DNA of 64,000 nucleotides from an uncultured Actinomycetota bacterium (GCA_963820045.1 CAWFYN010000007.1:21832-85831), one strand, 5' to 3'. Positions 50,387-60,237 are shown, numbered from the stretch's first letter. Numbers and translations are program-made. Notes: generated by a model not told the origin, from the letters alone.

Positions 50387-50761
50387 CTATGTCTTCACGG
50401 CAGCTTTGCGCTCAGCGATCTTGGCGCGGACCCTCTTCATGTCGAGACCCTTGATCTGGTCGATCAAATCGTCCAGCACCGCTGGTGACATCGCTCCCGG
50501 CTGGCTGTAGATCAGGATCCCGTCGCGGAATGCCATGATCGTCGGAACTGAGCGGATGCCTACGGTAGCGGCCAGTTCGCCCTCGGCATCGGTGTCCACT
50601 TTCGCGTACACGATGTCCGGGTGGTTTTGCGCGGACCGTTCGAAGACCGGCGCGAAGGCCCGACACGGGCCGCACCACGGGGCCCAGAAATCAACGAGCA
50701 CAATCGGATTTGCCAGTATCGTCGACTCGAAATCGGCGCCGGTGAGCATCTTGACGGTCAT
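50387..50761 (-). CDS. Thioredoxin
   Basis: VDFWAPWCGPC, IRSVPT. Confidence 0.95.
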   Translation of the reverse strand: MTVKMLTGADFESTILANPIVLVDFWAPWCGPCRAFAPVFERSAQNHPDIVYAKVDTDAEGELAATVGIRSVPTIMAFRDGILIYSQPGAMSPAVLDDLIDQIKGLDMKRVRAKIAERKAAVKT

Positions 50762-50843
50762 GGTTGTTCCTTTCGGGGTTTGATGGTTACGACCGAATCT
50801 GGGTCCGAAATCGGGCTAACTAACGGCCCACTCGGTTGCGTCT

Positions 50844-51224
50844 TCATTGAGTCGATCCGGGGACGGGATCCGGGGTCCTGTCGGCGAATTCGCAGAAAGC
50901 ATCGTAAGCACGAGCACCGTAAATCGTGGCCGGCCCGCCATGCATGAGGATGGTGACGCCGATCGCCTCCGCGGCCTCTTCCTTGGATGCGCCGGCGCGA
51001 GCTGCTCCCTGGGCGTGGGAGGCGATGCAGCCGTCACATCCGGCTACCACCCCGATCGCCATCGCGATCAGCTCCTTGAACTTTTTGTCCAACGCCCCCG
51101 ACGCGAGTGCGCCATTGCTCATCTCGGCAAAACCCCGGTACACCTCGGGGATCATCTTGCGCAGGGCGCGGTGCTGTGGGTTGAGGTCGTCCAGTACCTG
51201 TTGGTAGTGAGTGTGCTCTGTCAT
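50844..51224 (-). CDS. AhpD-like CMD family protein with CxxC
   Basis: ATG 51224; LDKKFKELIAMAIGVVAGCDGCIASH. Confidence 0.88.
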   Translation of the reverse strand: MTEHTHYQQVLDDLNPQHRALRKMIPEVYRGFAEMSNGALASGALDKKFKELIAMAIGVVAGCDGCIASHAQGAARAGASKEEAAEAIGVTILMHGGPATIYGARAYDAFCEFADRTPDPVPGSTQ

Positions 51225-51230
51225 AACTGT

Positions 51231-51257
51231 TATAATACCCATACGGGTAGGGGTATT
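51231..51257. promoter_or_regulatory. Overlapping -10 boxes and RicR/CsoR-type operator TACC-N5-GGGTA
   Basis: TATAAT(+) 51231; TATTAT(-) 7 nt before ATG 51224; TACCCATACGGGTA 51236-51249; AATACCC-N10-GGGTATT. Confidence 0.65.
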
Positions 51258-51429
51258 CCCGGAAGGTTGGATTTGCCCTTCGGGGCACATATACCCCGGC
51301 CCGTAGGGCCCATCGACCCTAGGAAGGTGGTCTCCGCGGAGCGCAATCTGACCTCGGAGCGTCCGGTGTTCCCTACGCGGTGCACCTACACTGCGGGGGT
51401 TCATGCCGACGCCGAACAGAGGAGCATCA

Positions 51430-52887
51430 ATGGCACGAGTCGTAATCCTCGGCGCTGGTATCGCCGGCCACACCGCCGCGCTGCACCTGCGCCGATGGCT
51501 GGGCCGCAGTCACGAAGTCGTCGTGATTTCTCCCAACGCCGATTGGAACTGGATCCCCTCGAACATCTGGGTGGGCGTGGGCCGGATGGATCCGGCCAAG
51601 GTACTCATACCACTCAGGCCGATCTACCGGCGCAAGGGTATTGCATTTCATCAAGGGCTTGCCACGGCGATCCATCCGGAGGGCAGTGAAGACCAGTCGG
51701 CACCCTCGGTGGACTTCACCTACACCGATGAGGAGCACGACGGCCAGACCGGCACCATTACTTATGACTACCTCATCAATGCGACCGGCCCGCGACTGAA
51801 CTTCGCGGCCACCCCCGGGCTTGGCCCCGCCGGCCACTCATACTCTGTGTGCACCGCCGCCCACGCCGTCGAGGCGGCCGAGGCGCTCGACCGGGTCATC
51901 GCCAGGCTGAAGGCCGGCGAGAAGCAGCGCCTCGTCATTGGCGTCGGACACGGCACCTGCACGTGCGAGGGTGCGGCGTTCGAGTACGCCTTCAACGTTG
52001 AGCACGCGCTACGGGCTGCCGGCGTGCGAGACCTCGCCGAAATCGTCTACCTCACGAACGAGTACGAGCTGGGCGACTTCGGCGTCGGTGGCATGAGTTT
52101 TGTCGAGAAGGGCTTCGTGCAGTCCAGTCGGCTCTGGACCGAGTCGCTGTTCCGCGAGCGCGGCGTCAGGGCCATCACACAAGCGGCCGTCCATGAGGTG
52201 ATGGACGGCAAGCTGCGTTACGAGCAACTCGACGGCAAAGAGCACGAGTTGGACTTCGACTTCGCCATGCTGCTACCCCCTTTCAGGGGAGCGGCCCTCA
52301 CGGCATACGACAAGCGCGGCAACGACATTACTTCTGTTCTGTTTGCGCCGTCGGGCTTCCTCAAGGTCGACGCGGACTACTCGGGCAAGCCCTACGACGA
52401 GTGGTCCGCCGAGGATTGGCCGCACACCTACGAGTCCCCTGCCTACCCGAACATCTTCGCGCCGGGCATCGCGTTCGCGCCCCCGCATCCCATCTCCCGG
52501 CCGCGCACGAGTCCTAACGGGACCGTCATCACGCCCAGCCCGCCGCGCACCGGCATGCCGTCGGGCATTATGGCCAAGACGGTTGCCGAGACCATCCGCG
52601 ATCGAATCACTAAGGGAACGGCCAGTGTTGCGCACCGCGCCTCGATGTCGAGCATGGGCGCTGCGTGCGTTGCGTCCGCGGGCACCGGTTTGCGTGAGGG
52701 CTCAGCGGCCGCGATGACAATGTTTCCAGTTGTCCCCGACCCGGTGAAGTATCCGCAAACGGGTCGCGACATCGCCGGCACCTCCGGTGAGCTCGGCTTG
52801 GCCGGCCACTGGATCAAGCTGCTCTTGCATCATCTCTTCATTTACAAGGCGAAAGCCCGCCCATTCTGGTGGCTGATCCCTGAGTGA
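51430..52887 (+). CDS. sqr: Sulfide:quinone oxidoreductase-like flavoprotein
   Basis: GAGIAG, WIPSNIWV, YDYLINATG, SVCT, CTCEGAAFEY, PPRTG, ACVASAG, amphipathic C-terminus. Confidence 0.8.
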   Translation: MARVVILGAGIAGHTAALHLRRWLGRSHEVVVISPNADWNWIPSNIWVGVGRMDPAKVLIPLRPIYRRKGIAFHQGLATAIHPEGSEDQSAPSVDFTYTDEEHDGQTGTITYDYLINATGPRLNFAATPGLGPAGHSYSVCTAAHAVEAAEALDRVIARLKAGEKQRLVIGVGHGTCTCEGAAFEYAFNVEHALRAAGVRDLAEIVYLTNEYELGDFGVGGMSFVEKGFVQSSRLWTESLFRERGVRAITQAAVHEVMDGKLRYEQLDGKEHELDFDFAMLLPPFRGAALTAYDKRGNDITSVLFAPSGFLKVDADYSGKPYDEWSAEDWPHTYESPAYPNIFAPGIAFAPPHPISRPRTSPNGTVITPSPPRTGMPSGIMAKTVAETIRDRITKGTASVAHRASMSSMGAACVASAGTGLREGSAAAMTMFPVVPDPVKYPQTGRDIAGTSGELGLAGHWIKLLLHHLFIYKAKARPFWWLIPE

Positions 52888-52898
52888 AAGGCACTCCG

Positions 52899-53072
52899 AT
52901 GGACGACGAAAACACCTATTCAGACGTGAATGCGCTGACAGCCGAGCGCATTGCCGACGCGCCGCTGCCCACCCCCGGGAGGCTGCGGATGCGTCAGAAC
53001 GTCCTCGTCCAGTTCGGGCGTTTCATCCGTGTCAACCTTAAGATGCTGCGGATTATCTACCGGCACGGCTGA
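52899..53072 (+). CDS. 57-aa hypothetical protein downstream of sqr
   Basis: GAAAGG RBS; LPTPGRLRMRQNVLVQFGRFIRVNLKMLRII basic amphipathic segment. Confidence 0.6.
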   Translation: MDDENTYSDVNALTAERIADAPLPTPGRLRMRQNVLVQFGRFIRVNLKMLRIIYRHG

Positions 53073-53118
53073 CAGGCTGCCGGGTTCGGCTCGCACGAAC
53101 CCGATGGCGATGGCACGA

Positions 53119-54312
53119 TCAGGAGACCTTCTTGACCGGCGGCGCGTAGGCCGGCTTACCCAGGCCGAGCATGTACTGCGCGATCATGTTGCGGAACACC
53201 TCGAGCGTGCCGCCGTAGATTCCCACCAGCGGGGCGAACCGGTAGGCGTATTCGGCGCTGCCGTCGTCGGCGGCGGCTTCGGTTCCGAACGGCAGCGTTG
53301 ACGCGGCGCCGAGGAGGTCCATCAATTCCGGCGAGATGTCGCGCATCGTTTGCGCGATGGCGACGCGGCCGAAAATGCCAGGGGTCGCCAGCGCAGTCTC
53401 CAATCGAGCGACGCAGCGGCCCAGCCGATATGCGACCGACATGTCGTCGATGAGCCGGCGCCCGTCGTGGTCGGGCCGTGTCACGCTCGCCGCCGCCTTA
53501 TCCACCGCCTCGGACAGAAACCCGGCCTGGTGCATCATGATCGACGTGTCCTGCAGCCCGTCGGGGGCGGCGGCGACCGCGCCATGCTCGACGTTGAGCG
53601 GTTCGCGCAGCACCGTCCAGCCGCCGTTCACCTCCCCCAGCCGATACTTGTCGTCCACGCGGACGTCGCTGTAGTAGACGATGTTGGTCCGATCGCCATC
53701 CACCGTGCGGATTCCCTGGATTTCGATGCCCGGCGAATCCAGCGGCACCAGGAACATGGTCAGGCTCTTGTGCTTGGGCGCGTCCGGCGCGGTGTTGGTG
53801 ATCAGGAAGACGTACTGGCAGTTGTGGGCGCCGGTCGTGAACATCTTCGAGCCGTTGACAATCCACTCGTCGCCGTCGCGCACCGCGCGGGTCTTACAGG
53901 TGGCGACATCGGAGCCGCCTTCGGGCTCGGTGTACCCCAGGCACAACCGAACCTCGCCGCTGAAGACTTTCGGTAATACCTCGTCGCGCAGTTGCGGCGA
54001 CCCGAACTTGTCCACCGAACGGGCCACCATCGCGGTCGTCCCCCACGTCACCCAGGGAACGTGCGCCCGTCGCTTCTCCAGCTCCCAGACGCGGCGCCGC
54101 ACCCGGCTGAAACCGCCGTCGGATTCGGGTTTCCACTCGGCCGCCAAATAGCCTGCGGCGCCGAACTTCAGGTGCAGACTCTCGTCGAAATTATCGCCCG
54201 TTTCCCGGTCCCGACGCCTGACCTCTTCGGTCATGTGCGCGGTCAGAAAGCTCCGCGCTTCGTCGCGGAATGCTTTGTCCTCGTCCGACAGCTCGACGCG
54301 GGAAAAATCCAT
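53119..54312 (-). CDS. Acyl-CoA dehydrogenase, alpha-type subunit
   Basis: GYTEPEGGSD, NGSKMFTT, YGGTLEVFR. Confidence 0.92.
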   Translation of the reverse strand: MDFSRVELSDEDKAFRDEARSFLTAHMTEEVRRRDRETGDNFDESLHLKFGAAGYLAAEWKPESDGGFSRVRRRVWELEKRRAHVPWVTWGTTAMVARSVDKFGSPQLRDEVLPKVFSGEVRLCLGYTEPEGGSDVATCKTRAVRDGDEWIVNGSKMFTTGAHNCQYVFLITNTAPDAPKHKSLTMFLVPLDSPGIEIQGIRTVDGDRTNIVYYSDVRVDDKYRLGEVNGGWTVLREPLNVEHGAVAAAPDGLQDTSIMMHQAGFLSEAVDKAAASVTRPDHDGRRLIDDMSVAYRLGRCVARLETALATPGIFGRVAIAQTMRDISPELMDLLGAASTLPFGTEAAADDGSAEYAYRFAPLVGIYGGTLEVFRNMIAQYMLGLGKPAYAPPVKKVS

Positions 54313-54326
54313 GATGTCGCCCCTTC

Positions 54327-55382
54327 CTACGCCGGCTGCGCCGCGGCCTCGCGGGCGGCCACGATCTCGGCGACCCGTTGGGCCGTGGCGCCCGGATCGC
54401 CGCCGGCCAATGGCCACCCCCGGGCGCGCACCAGATACGCTGTCGCCGCGGCTTCGGCCGAAACCCCCAGTCCGCCTTGGATGTGGACCGCCATCGTCGC
54501 CGCCCTGGAGGCCTCCTCGGCCATGAAAACGAATGCGGAGGGCGCCAATTCGGGTCGTTCGTCGGGTTCGTTGTCCAGGAACCAGGCGGCGCGTCGAGCC
54601 AGATTACGTCCACCTTGGACGGTGATCACCATATTCGCCAGGGGATGCGAGATCGCCTGCAGCGTGGAGATGGGCACGCCCAGCGTGTAGCGGGTCTTCG
54701 CGAATTCGGCCGCGATGGTCATGGTCTCCTCCACCAGTCCGACGAGTGCCGCCGCGGTCAACAGCCGCCATTCGTCCAGCGCCAGCCGGTAGATCGCCAG
54801 CGCATCGGGTCCTTCTGCGACGACCGTGCGAGTGTCGGCCGCGGCCGGATCCACCCAGGCCATCGGCAGCCGGCCGATGTTGTCGACCTTCGCCGGGCGG
54901 GTCGCGAAGGTCAGCCGCACGACTTGGTCACCATCGCGGACGACGATGTGGTCGGCGATCGACCCCGAGGGAATCAGCCGCGGGCCGCGCCCGGCGTCGA
55001 TTCGCGGGTCGAGCGCGGCCAGCTGTTCTCCACCGGCCACCCCGGCGCCCTCGCCCAGCGCGCCGAGGCGCCCCAGCAGCCGTGCGGTGCAGACGTGATC
55101 GATCCACGGGACCGGGGCCAGGGACCGGCCGATCTCCTCGGCCACCAGGGTGAGATCGACCAGGGTCGCGCCGTCACCGCCGCATTCTTCCGGCAGGGCC
55201 ATCGTGGTCGCGCCCATCCCGCACAACCGCTCCCAGAGGTTTTTATCGAAGCCGGATGGCTCTGCGGCGCGGACTGTTTCGATCGAGCAGTGGGTCTTGA
55301 AGAACTGCTTGTAGGCATCCTGCAGGGCCACATGGTCGTCGGACAGGCTGTAGTCCAGTCTGCGTAGCTCGAAGCGGTCCAT
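54327..55382 (-). CDS. Acyl-CoA dehydrogenase, beta-type subunit
   Basis: RYTLGVPISTLQAISHPLA, HIQGGLG. Confidence 0.9.
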   Translation of the reverse strand: MDRFELRRLDYSLSDDHVALQDAYKQFFKTHCSIETVRAAEPSGFDKNLWERLCGMGATTMALPEECGGDGATLVDLTLVAEEIGRSLAPVPWIDHVCTARLLGRLGALGEGAGVAGGEQLAALDPRIDAGRGPRLIPSGSIADHIVVRDGDQVVRLTFATRPAKVDNIGRLPMAWVDPAAADTRTVVAEGPDALAIYRLALDEWRLLTAAALVGLVEETMTIAAEFAKTRYTLGVPISTLQAISHPLANMVITVQGGRNLARRAAWFLDNEPDERPELAPSAFVFMAEEASRAATMAVHIQGGLGVSAEAAATAYLVRARGWPLAGGDPGATAQRVAEIVAAREAAAQPA

Positions 55383-55384
55383 CG

Positions 55385-56215
55385 TTACTCGTCCTTCCCG
55401 AAGAAGAAGTCTCGCGCGTTGTTGTAGAGGTAGTTATCCAGCACCTCGGCCGGCAGATCAAGAGCGCGCGCTTCGGGTATGACCCGACGCATGGGCAACA
55501 CCGGCCAATCCGACGCGTAGATCACCTTGTCGGGACCACGTGTGCGCATGTAGTGCAGCAGGCTCTCCGGCAGTCGCTTGGGCGACCACGCCGAGGTCAT
55601 GAGCCGCAGGTTGGCGTACTTCAGCAGCAAGCGGATCGCGACGTCCCACCACGGGTCGGCGCCGTGAATCATGCACAGCCGCAGTTCGGGAAAACGCACG
55701 CACACCCGGTCCAGGTGCATCGGGTGCTGCACCTCGCCGGGTATGGGTGGTCCCGGAATACCGGTGTTGACACACAGCGGAAGGTTCAGTTCTGCGCACT
55801 TGGCGTAGAGCGGGTAGTACACCGCGTCGCTGGGCGGGTACTGGCCGTCGCCCCAAAAGCTTGGGCCCACTACCGCATACGCGACGGGCAGCTCGCCCGC
55901 GACGGCGGTCAACTCGCGCAGCGACCGCACCGGGCGCAGCAGGTTGACCCCGCCCATGGCCAACGCGAACCGATCCGGCCTGGCTTCGACGAATTTGCGC
56001 GCGGTCGTGGATGGGTTGGCAAGCGAGTCCATCAGGATCGCCTTCTGCACACCCTGTTCGTCCATCTCGGCGAGCAATTCGGAGAGGTCGACCGGGGCGA
56101 ACATCGACTCGGGGCCCTTGAAGTAATCGTCCCTGACCTTGAGCATCCACGTCGGCTGAGATTCCGCTTCCCCGAAATGGACGTTCACCAGGCAGTCAAT
56201 CGCTTTGGTGTTCAT
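55385..56215 (-). CDS. Amidohydrolase_2 family protein
   Basis: YPLYAKCAELNLP, FPELRLCMIHG, YASDWP. Confidence 0.85.
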   Translation of the reverse strand: MNTKAIDCLVNVHFGEAESQPTWMLKVRDDYFKGPESMFAPVDLSELLAEMDEQGVQKAILMDSLANPSTTARKFVEARPDRFALAMGGVNLLRPVRSLRELTAVAGELPVAYAVVGPSFWGDGQYPPSDAVYYPLYAKCAELNLPLCVNTGIPGPPIPGEVQHPMHLDRVCVRFPELRLCMIHGADPWWDVAIRLLLKYANLRLMTSAWSPKRLPESLLHYMRTRGPDKVIYASDWPVLPMRRVIPEARALDLPAEVLDNYLYNNARDFFFGKDE

Positions 56216-57863
56216 GACTTCCTTCGGGGTCGGACGGGACCAGCGCGATCACCGGAACGTGTTGAGTGGCTTGCTCTCTGGCCCAACGGTAATTGGGCTT
56301 GCCGTTGCCCAGCCGTTCGATCTGCTCGACGAAGATAACGGCTTTGGGCGCCTTGAAATGCGCCAGTTGCGCCGTGCACGCTCCGTAGAGGGCTTCCTGG
56401 GTGAGGTGGGCATCGGGGTGCGTCGCGACGAGCGCGACGACCTCTTGCCCCCACCGCTCGCTTGGTCGCCCTACGACAAGGGCGTCGATGACGCCCGGCT
56501 GCGCGCGCAGCACTTCCTCGACCTCTTCGACGAAAACCTTTTCGCCACCTGTGTTCACGACCAGCGAATCGCGGCCCAGCAGGCGGATGGTGCCGTCGGT
56601 CTCGAGCGATGCCCGGTCGCCGGGTATCACCACCCGCTGTCCGTCGATCTCCGGGAAGGTTCGCTGGGTGGCCTCGGCGTCACCGAAGTAGCCGAGCGGA
56701 ATCCGGCCCGTCCGGGCGGCCCAGCCGACCTCCTGCTCGCCGGGCCGCAGGAACCGACTCCGGTCGGCCGACACGACGGTGGCCCCGTCCCTGGGCTGGA
56801 AGGTTTCGCTGGCGTTGCCCTCCCGGCTGTGACCGAACGCCATGTTGCCGCTCTCGGAAGAACCGTAACCCTCGATGATGGTGATGTGGGGCAGGCATTC
56901 CATCAGTGCGCGTTTGTGTTTCGCGTTCGTCGCGGCCCCTCCGGTGCCGATCGCCTGCAGCGAGGACAGGTCATAGGAACGCGCACGCAGCTCGGCGATC
57001 AGCGGCCCGGCGTACGCGTCGCCCACCATGGTCATCATGCCCACCCTCTCGCGCTCGGCGGTTTCCCACACCGACCGTACGTCCAGCTTGTTGCGGTCGT
57101 CGTAGAGCACCACCGGTAGGCCGGCGCAGAGCGCGGCGAAGGCGGTCCACATGCCGGCCGCGTGCATGAGCGGGGAGACGGCAAACCACGGCTGGCCTCC
57201 CCCGGCGACCTTGTCGTGGATCTCGGTGACGCTGGCATGGTCGGCGCCCACCATTGACGACACGTACATGTCGCTCTGTCGCCACAGCACGCCCTTCGGG
57301 CGTCCCGTCGTTCCGCCGGTGCACATCATGATCAGGTCATCCGGGGACCCCGCGTCCTCGCGGTCGGGGCCGGCCGCCGCCAGAACGTCATCGAGTGAGA
57401 CCGCTTTTGGCAGTTGGGGAACCGTACTGCCGTCGTCGATCGATATCAGCAACTCGGTGCCAGTCGGTGGCAACACGTCGGCGAACCGGGCGCCGAGCGA
57501 GCGGTGATAGATGATCCCCCGGGGGCGGACGTAGTCGAGCAGGTCGCGGATTTCACGGGGCGAGTAGTGGTGATTCACGTTGACCGGGACGGTGCGCGCC
57601 TTGAGACATCCGATCACCATGTCGGGGTACAGGTCGTTGTACATGAGGAGCGCGATGCGGTCCTGGCCGCACTCCCAGCGCTGCAGCCCGTCACGCGCCG
57701 CGTAGACGCCGAAACCCTTGCCGGCGAGGTAGTTCGCCAGTCGGTCGGTGCGCCGCGCGGATTCGGCAAACGTGCTCTTGCGGTCTCCGCACACGGTCAT
57801 CAGGCGGTCGGGCACGACGTCCGCAATGGCGTCGAGAACGGCGCCCACAGTCCATTCACCCAT
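56196..57863 (-). CDS. Acyl-CoA synthetase (FadD19-like)
   Basis: TGGTTGRPKG, GYGSSE, PGDRA, GGEKVFVEEVE. Confidence 0.93.
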   Translation of the reverse strand: MGEWTVGAVLDAIADVVPDRLMTVCGDRKSTFAESARRTDRLANYLAGKGFGVYAARDGLQRWECGQDRIALLMYNDLYPDMVIGCLKARTVPVNVNHHYSPREIRDLLDYVRPRGIIYHRSLGARFADVLPPTGTELLISIDDGSTVPQLPKAVSLDDVLAAAGPDREDAGSPDDLIMMCTGGTTGRPKGVLWRQSDMYVSSMVGADHASVTEIHDKVAGGGQPWFAVSPLMHAAGMWTAFAALCAGLPVVLYDDRNKLDVRSVWETAERERVGMMTMVGDAYAGPLIAELRARSYDLSSLQAIGTGGAATNAKHKRALMECLPHITIIEGYGSSESGNMAFGHSREGNASETFQPRDGATVVSADRSRFLRPGEQEVGWAARTGRIPLGYFGDAEATQRTFPEIDGQRVVIPGDRASLETDGTIRLLGRDSLVVNTGGEKVFVEEVEEVLRAQPGVIDALVVGRPSERWGQEVVALVATHPDAHLTQEALYGACTAQLAHFKAPKAVIFVEQIERLGNGKPNYRWAREQATQHVPVIALVPSDPEGSHEHQSD

Positions 57864-57874
57864 GGCGCGAGCGG

Positions 57875-59077
57875 CTAGACTGCCGACGGGACCGGAACGC
57901 CGAGCAAGTCGAGGGCGTTGTCGCGCATCACTTTTCGGACGTCGGACTCCCCGAAACCATTGAGTTCCTCGGCGAACGACAGTGGCGACTCTAGGCCTTC
58001 ACCGTGCGGCCAGTCGGAACCGAACAGGATCTTGTCGATGCCGATGGCATCGGCCAGCTCGGGCAGATCATCCTCGTAGTAGGGAGCGATCCACACGTTG
58101 TTTCGCAACTGCTCCACCGGGTCTTCGGGAAAATACCGCGGGTAATTGTTGGCCACCTTCTTCAGCCGCTTGATCAGCCGGTGCACGAAGTACGAGCCGT
58201 TTTCGATGCTGACCGCCCTGAGTTTCGGGTGGCGGGTGAACACGCCGTGCACGATCATCGAGGCCATCGTGTCGTGGATGGCTCGGTCGTCGAGCAGAAC
58301 CTGATCCAGTGGGTCCTTTTCGCCGAAGCCCTCGAAGGTCGCCTTGCCGCCCCACTGCCCCGCGATGTGCAAATAACCACTGTCGCTGAGGTGGAAGCCG
58401 ACCGGTACGCCCGCCTCGGCCAGCCGGGCCCACACCGGGTCGTGGCTGGGGTCGCCCAGCGACCTCGGCTTGACCACCCCGGGCACCGGTGCCGGCCGTA
58501 CCAGCACCAGCTTGGCGCCGCGGGCCAACACGAACTCGACCTCTTCGAGCGCCTTAGCCGGGTCCGCCAGCGAGATGATCGGCGCGGCAATGATTCGGTG
58601 ATCGGGCCGGTCGAAGCCCCAATCCTCGTCGAGCCATAGATTGAATGCGTGCAGCGACGCCATCGTCGCATCGATGTCGTGCTTGAGCGCCTCCTCGACG
58701 CCGCACGCGAAAGTCGGCAGCATGAACACCGTTTCGATGTCCTGAGTGTCCATCACCGCGATCCGTGCATCGCGGTTCTGGTACTCGGGATGGCTGGCCA
58801 GTCGCTCGACCTTCATCAGCGAGGCCGGGTCGACGCCCTCGGGGATCTCGCCCCGGAACAACAAGTCGAGGCAGCCCGGCACGATGATCGGGTCGAAGGT
58901 CGGGTTGGGGATGAAGTGGTTGACCCGGTCCCCGATCACGGCCCAGGTGCGCTTGCCGTCGCTGAGCATCTGCACGCCGCGGCGCTTGAACTTCTTGTCC
59001 AGGTGACGGGTGAAGGCGTCCAGCGGCTCGTAGTAGTGGTTGTCGACGTCAATCGCCTGGTAACCCAAATTGGCCAT
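57875..59077 (-). CDS. Amidohydrolase_2-fold protein (paralog of 21108-22316)
   Basis: DVDNH, FHLS, IENG, GSDWPHGEG. Confidence 0.88.
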   Translation of the reverse strand: MANLGYQAIDVDNHYYEPLDAFTRHLDKKFKRRGVQMLSDGKRTWAVIGDRVNHFIPNPTFDPIIVPGCLDLLFRGEIPEGVDPASLMKVERLASHPEYQNRDARIAVMDTQDIETVFMLPTFACGVEEALKHDIDATMASLHAFNLWLDEDWGFDRPDHRIIAAPIISLADPAKALEEVEFVLARGAKLVLVRPAPVPGVVKPRSLGDPSHDPVWARLAEAGVPVGFHLSDSGYLHIAGQWGGKATFEGFGEKDPLDQVLLDDRAIHDTMASMIVHGVFTRHPKLRAVSIENGSYFVHRLIKRLKKVANNYPRYFPEDPVEQLRNNVWIAPYYEDDLPELADAIGIDKILFGSDWPHGEGLESPLSFAEELNGFGESDVRKVMRDNALDLLGVPVPSAV

Positions 59078-59107
59078 GATCATCCTTTCCGGCATCACCG
59101 GCGAACA

Positions 59108-59950
59108 CTAAGCGTCGGTCGAGTTGAGCGAGGGAAACTTCGGCGGTCGCTTCTCGAGGAAGCTGGTGATGCCTTCGATGACGTCCGGCCGCGGCATGGC
59201 CTCGTGCAGCAAGACCTCGGCCCGCGACGTGGCGTCCACGACATCGCGAGTGGCGTCACCGTATACCTGCCTCTTGATCACTTCCATGGAAGCCGGCGAA
59301 CAATTGCGAGCGATGTCCTCCGCGTAGTCCAGCGCACGCTCCATGAGTTCCTCGGGCGCGACCACTTCCTTGACGAGGCCGAGATCGGCCGCCTCTTCGG
59401 CGAGGAAGGTGCGGCCACTCAGCAGCAGATCCAGGGCGACGCCCCATGTGGTGAGGCGCGGCAGTATCCAGGAGATGCCGAACTCGGCGATCAGTCCGCG
59501 GCGCGCGAAGACCGCGGCGAACTTGGCGCCGGCGGCCGCGAACCGGACGTCGCACATGAGCGCCTGGGTCAGGCCGATACCAACACAGGCGCCGTTGATG
59601 GCCGCAATGACGGGCTTGCGCAGCGTCGTTACGAAATGCGGCGGGCGTTCCCCGACCAAGTCGGCGAGGTTCGTCTGACTCGCCTTCTCCATCGTCTCGT
59701 CCAAGGTTGGTGCGGAACTCGGCGCGCCCAGATACGCGCCGGCGCAAAAACCCTTGCCCCGGCCGGTCAGCACGATCACGCGGACGGCGGGGTCGCCTTC
59801 GGCGCGGTCGATCGCGGAGTAGAGCCCCGCGGCGATGTCCGGCCCCCAGGCGTTGAGGCGATCGGGCCGGTTGAAGGTCAGAATCGCGACGCCGCTGCCG
59901 GTGGCCTGATAGAGCACCGCGTCTGCGGAAGCGCCGTCGCTGCCGGACAT
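59108..59950 (-). CDS. Enoyl-CoA hydratase/isomerase
   Basis: FNRPDRLNA, GKGFCAG, AAINGACVGIG, CDVRF. Confidence 0.92.
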   Translation of the reverse strand: MSGSDGASADAVLYQATGSGVAILTFNRPDRLNAWGPDIAAGLYSAIDRAEGDPAVRVIVLTGRGKGFCAGAYLGAPSSAPTLDETMEKASQTNLADLVGERPPHFVTTLRKPVIAAINGACVGIGLTQALMCDVRFAAAGAKFAAVFARRGLIAEFGISWILPRLTTWGVALDLLLSGRTFLAEEAADLGLVKEVVAPEELMERALDYAEDIARNCSPASMEVIKRQVYGDATRDVVDATSRAEVLLHEAMPRPDVIEGITSFLEKRPPKFPSLNSTDA

Positions 59951-60003
59951 CTCCCCCGGCACCTCCTCACGATTACTACGGATTCCGCGATACTTTGTAC
60001 GCA

Positions 60004-60022
60004 TACTGTATACCTATCGGTA
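60004..60022. promoter_or_regulatory. 19-bp family site 6
   Basis: TACTGTAT-ACC-TATCGGTA. Confidence 0.55.
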
Positions 60023-60173
60023 CCGTTCTCCACAACCGCCGCCAGGCGCCCGCGAACCCCGGCCGAACAGCGGATATCGGCTTACTGAACGGCACCTTTG
60101 ACCACGGCGAGACGGCGGATCGTCCCGCCGACTCCCGGCATCCGGAGTGTGGCGAGCGCCACGTCCCGATCAC

Positions 60174-60200
60174 GTTTTCTCCGACCGCCAAACAGGGAAA
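60174..60200 (+). promoter_or_regulatory. SigF/SigB-type promoter GTTT-N17-GGGAAA
   Basis: 37 nt upstream of the csbD-like ATG. Confidence 0.5.
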
Positions 60201-60237
60201 GCCAACACAGATACCCACTACCAGGGAGGGGAGACGC

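Noticed and set aside
51291-51310. Second CsoR-like site ATACCCCGGCCCGTAGGG
   Set aside because: Only the left half matches; not reported as an operator
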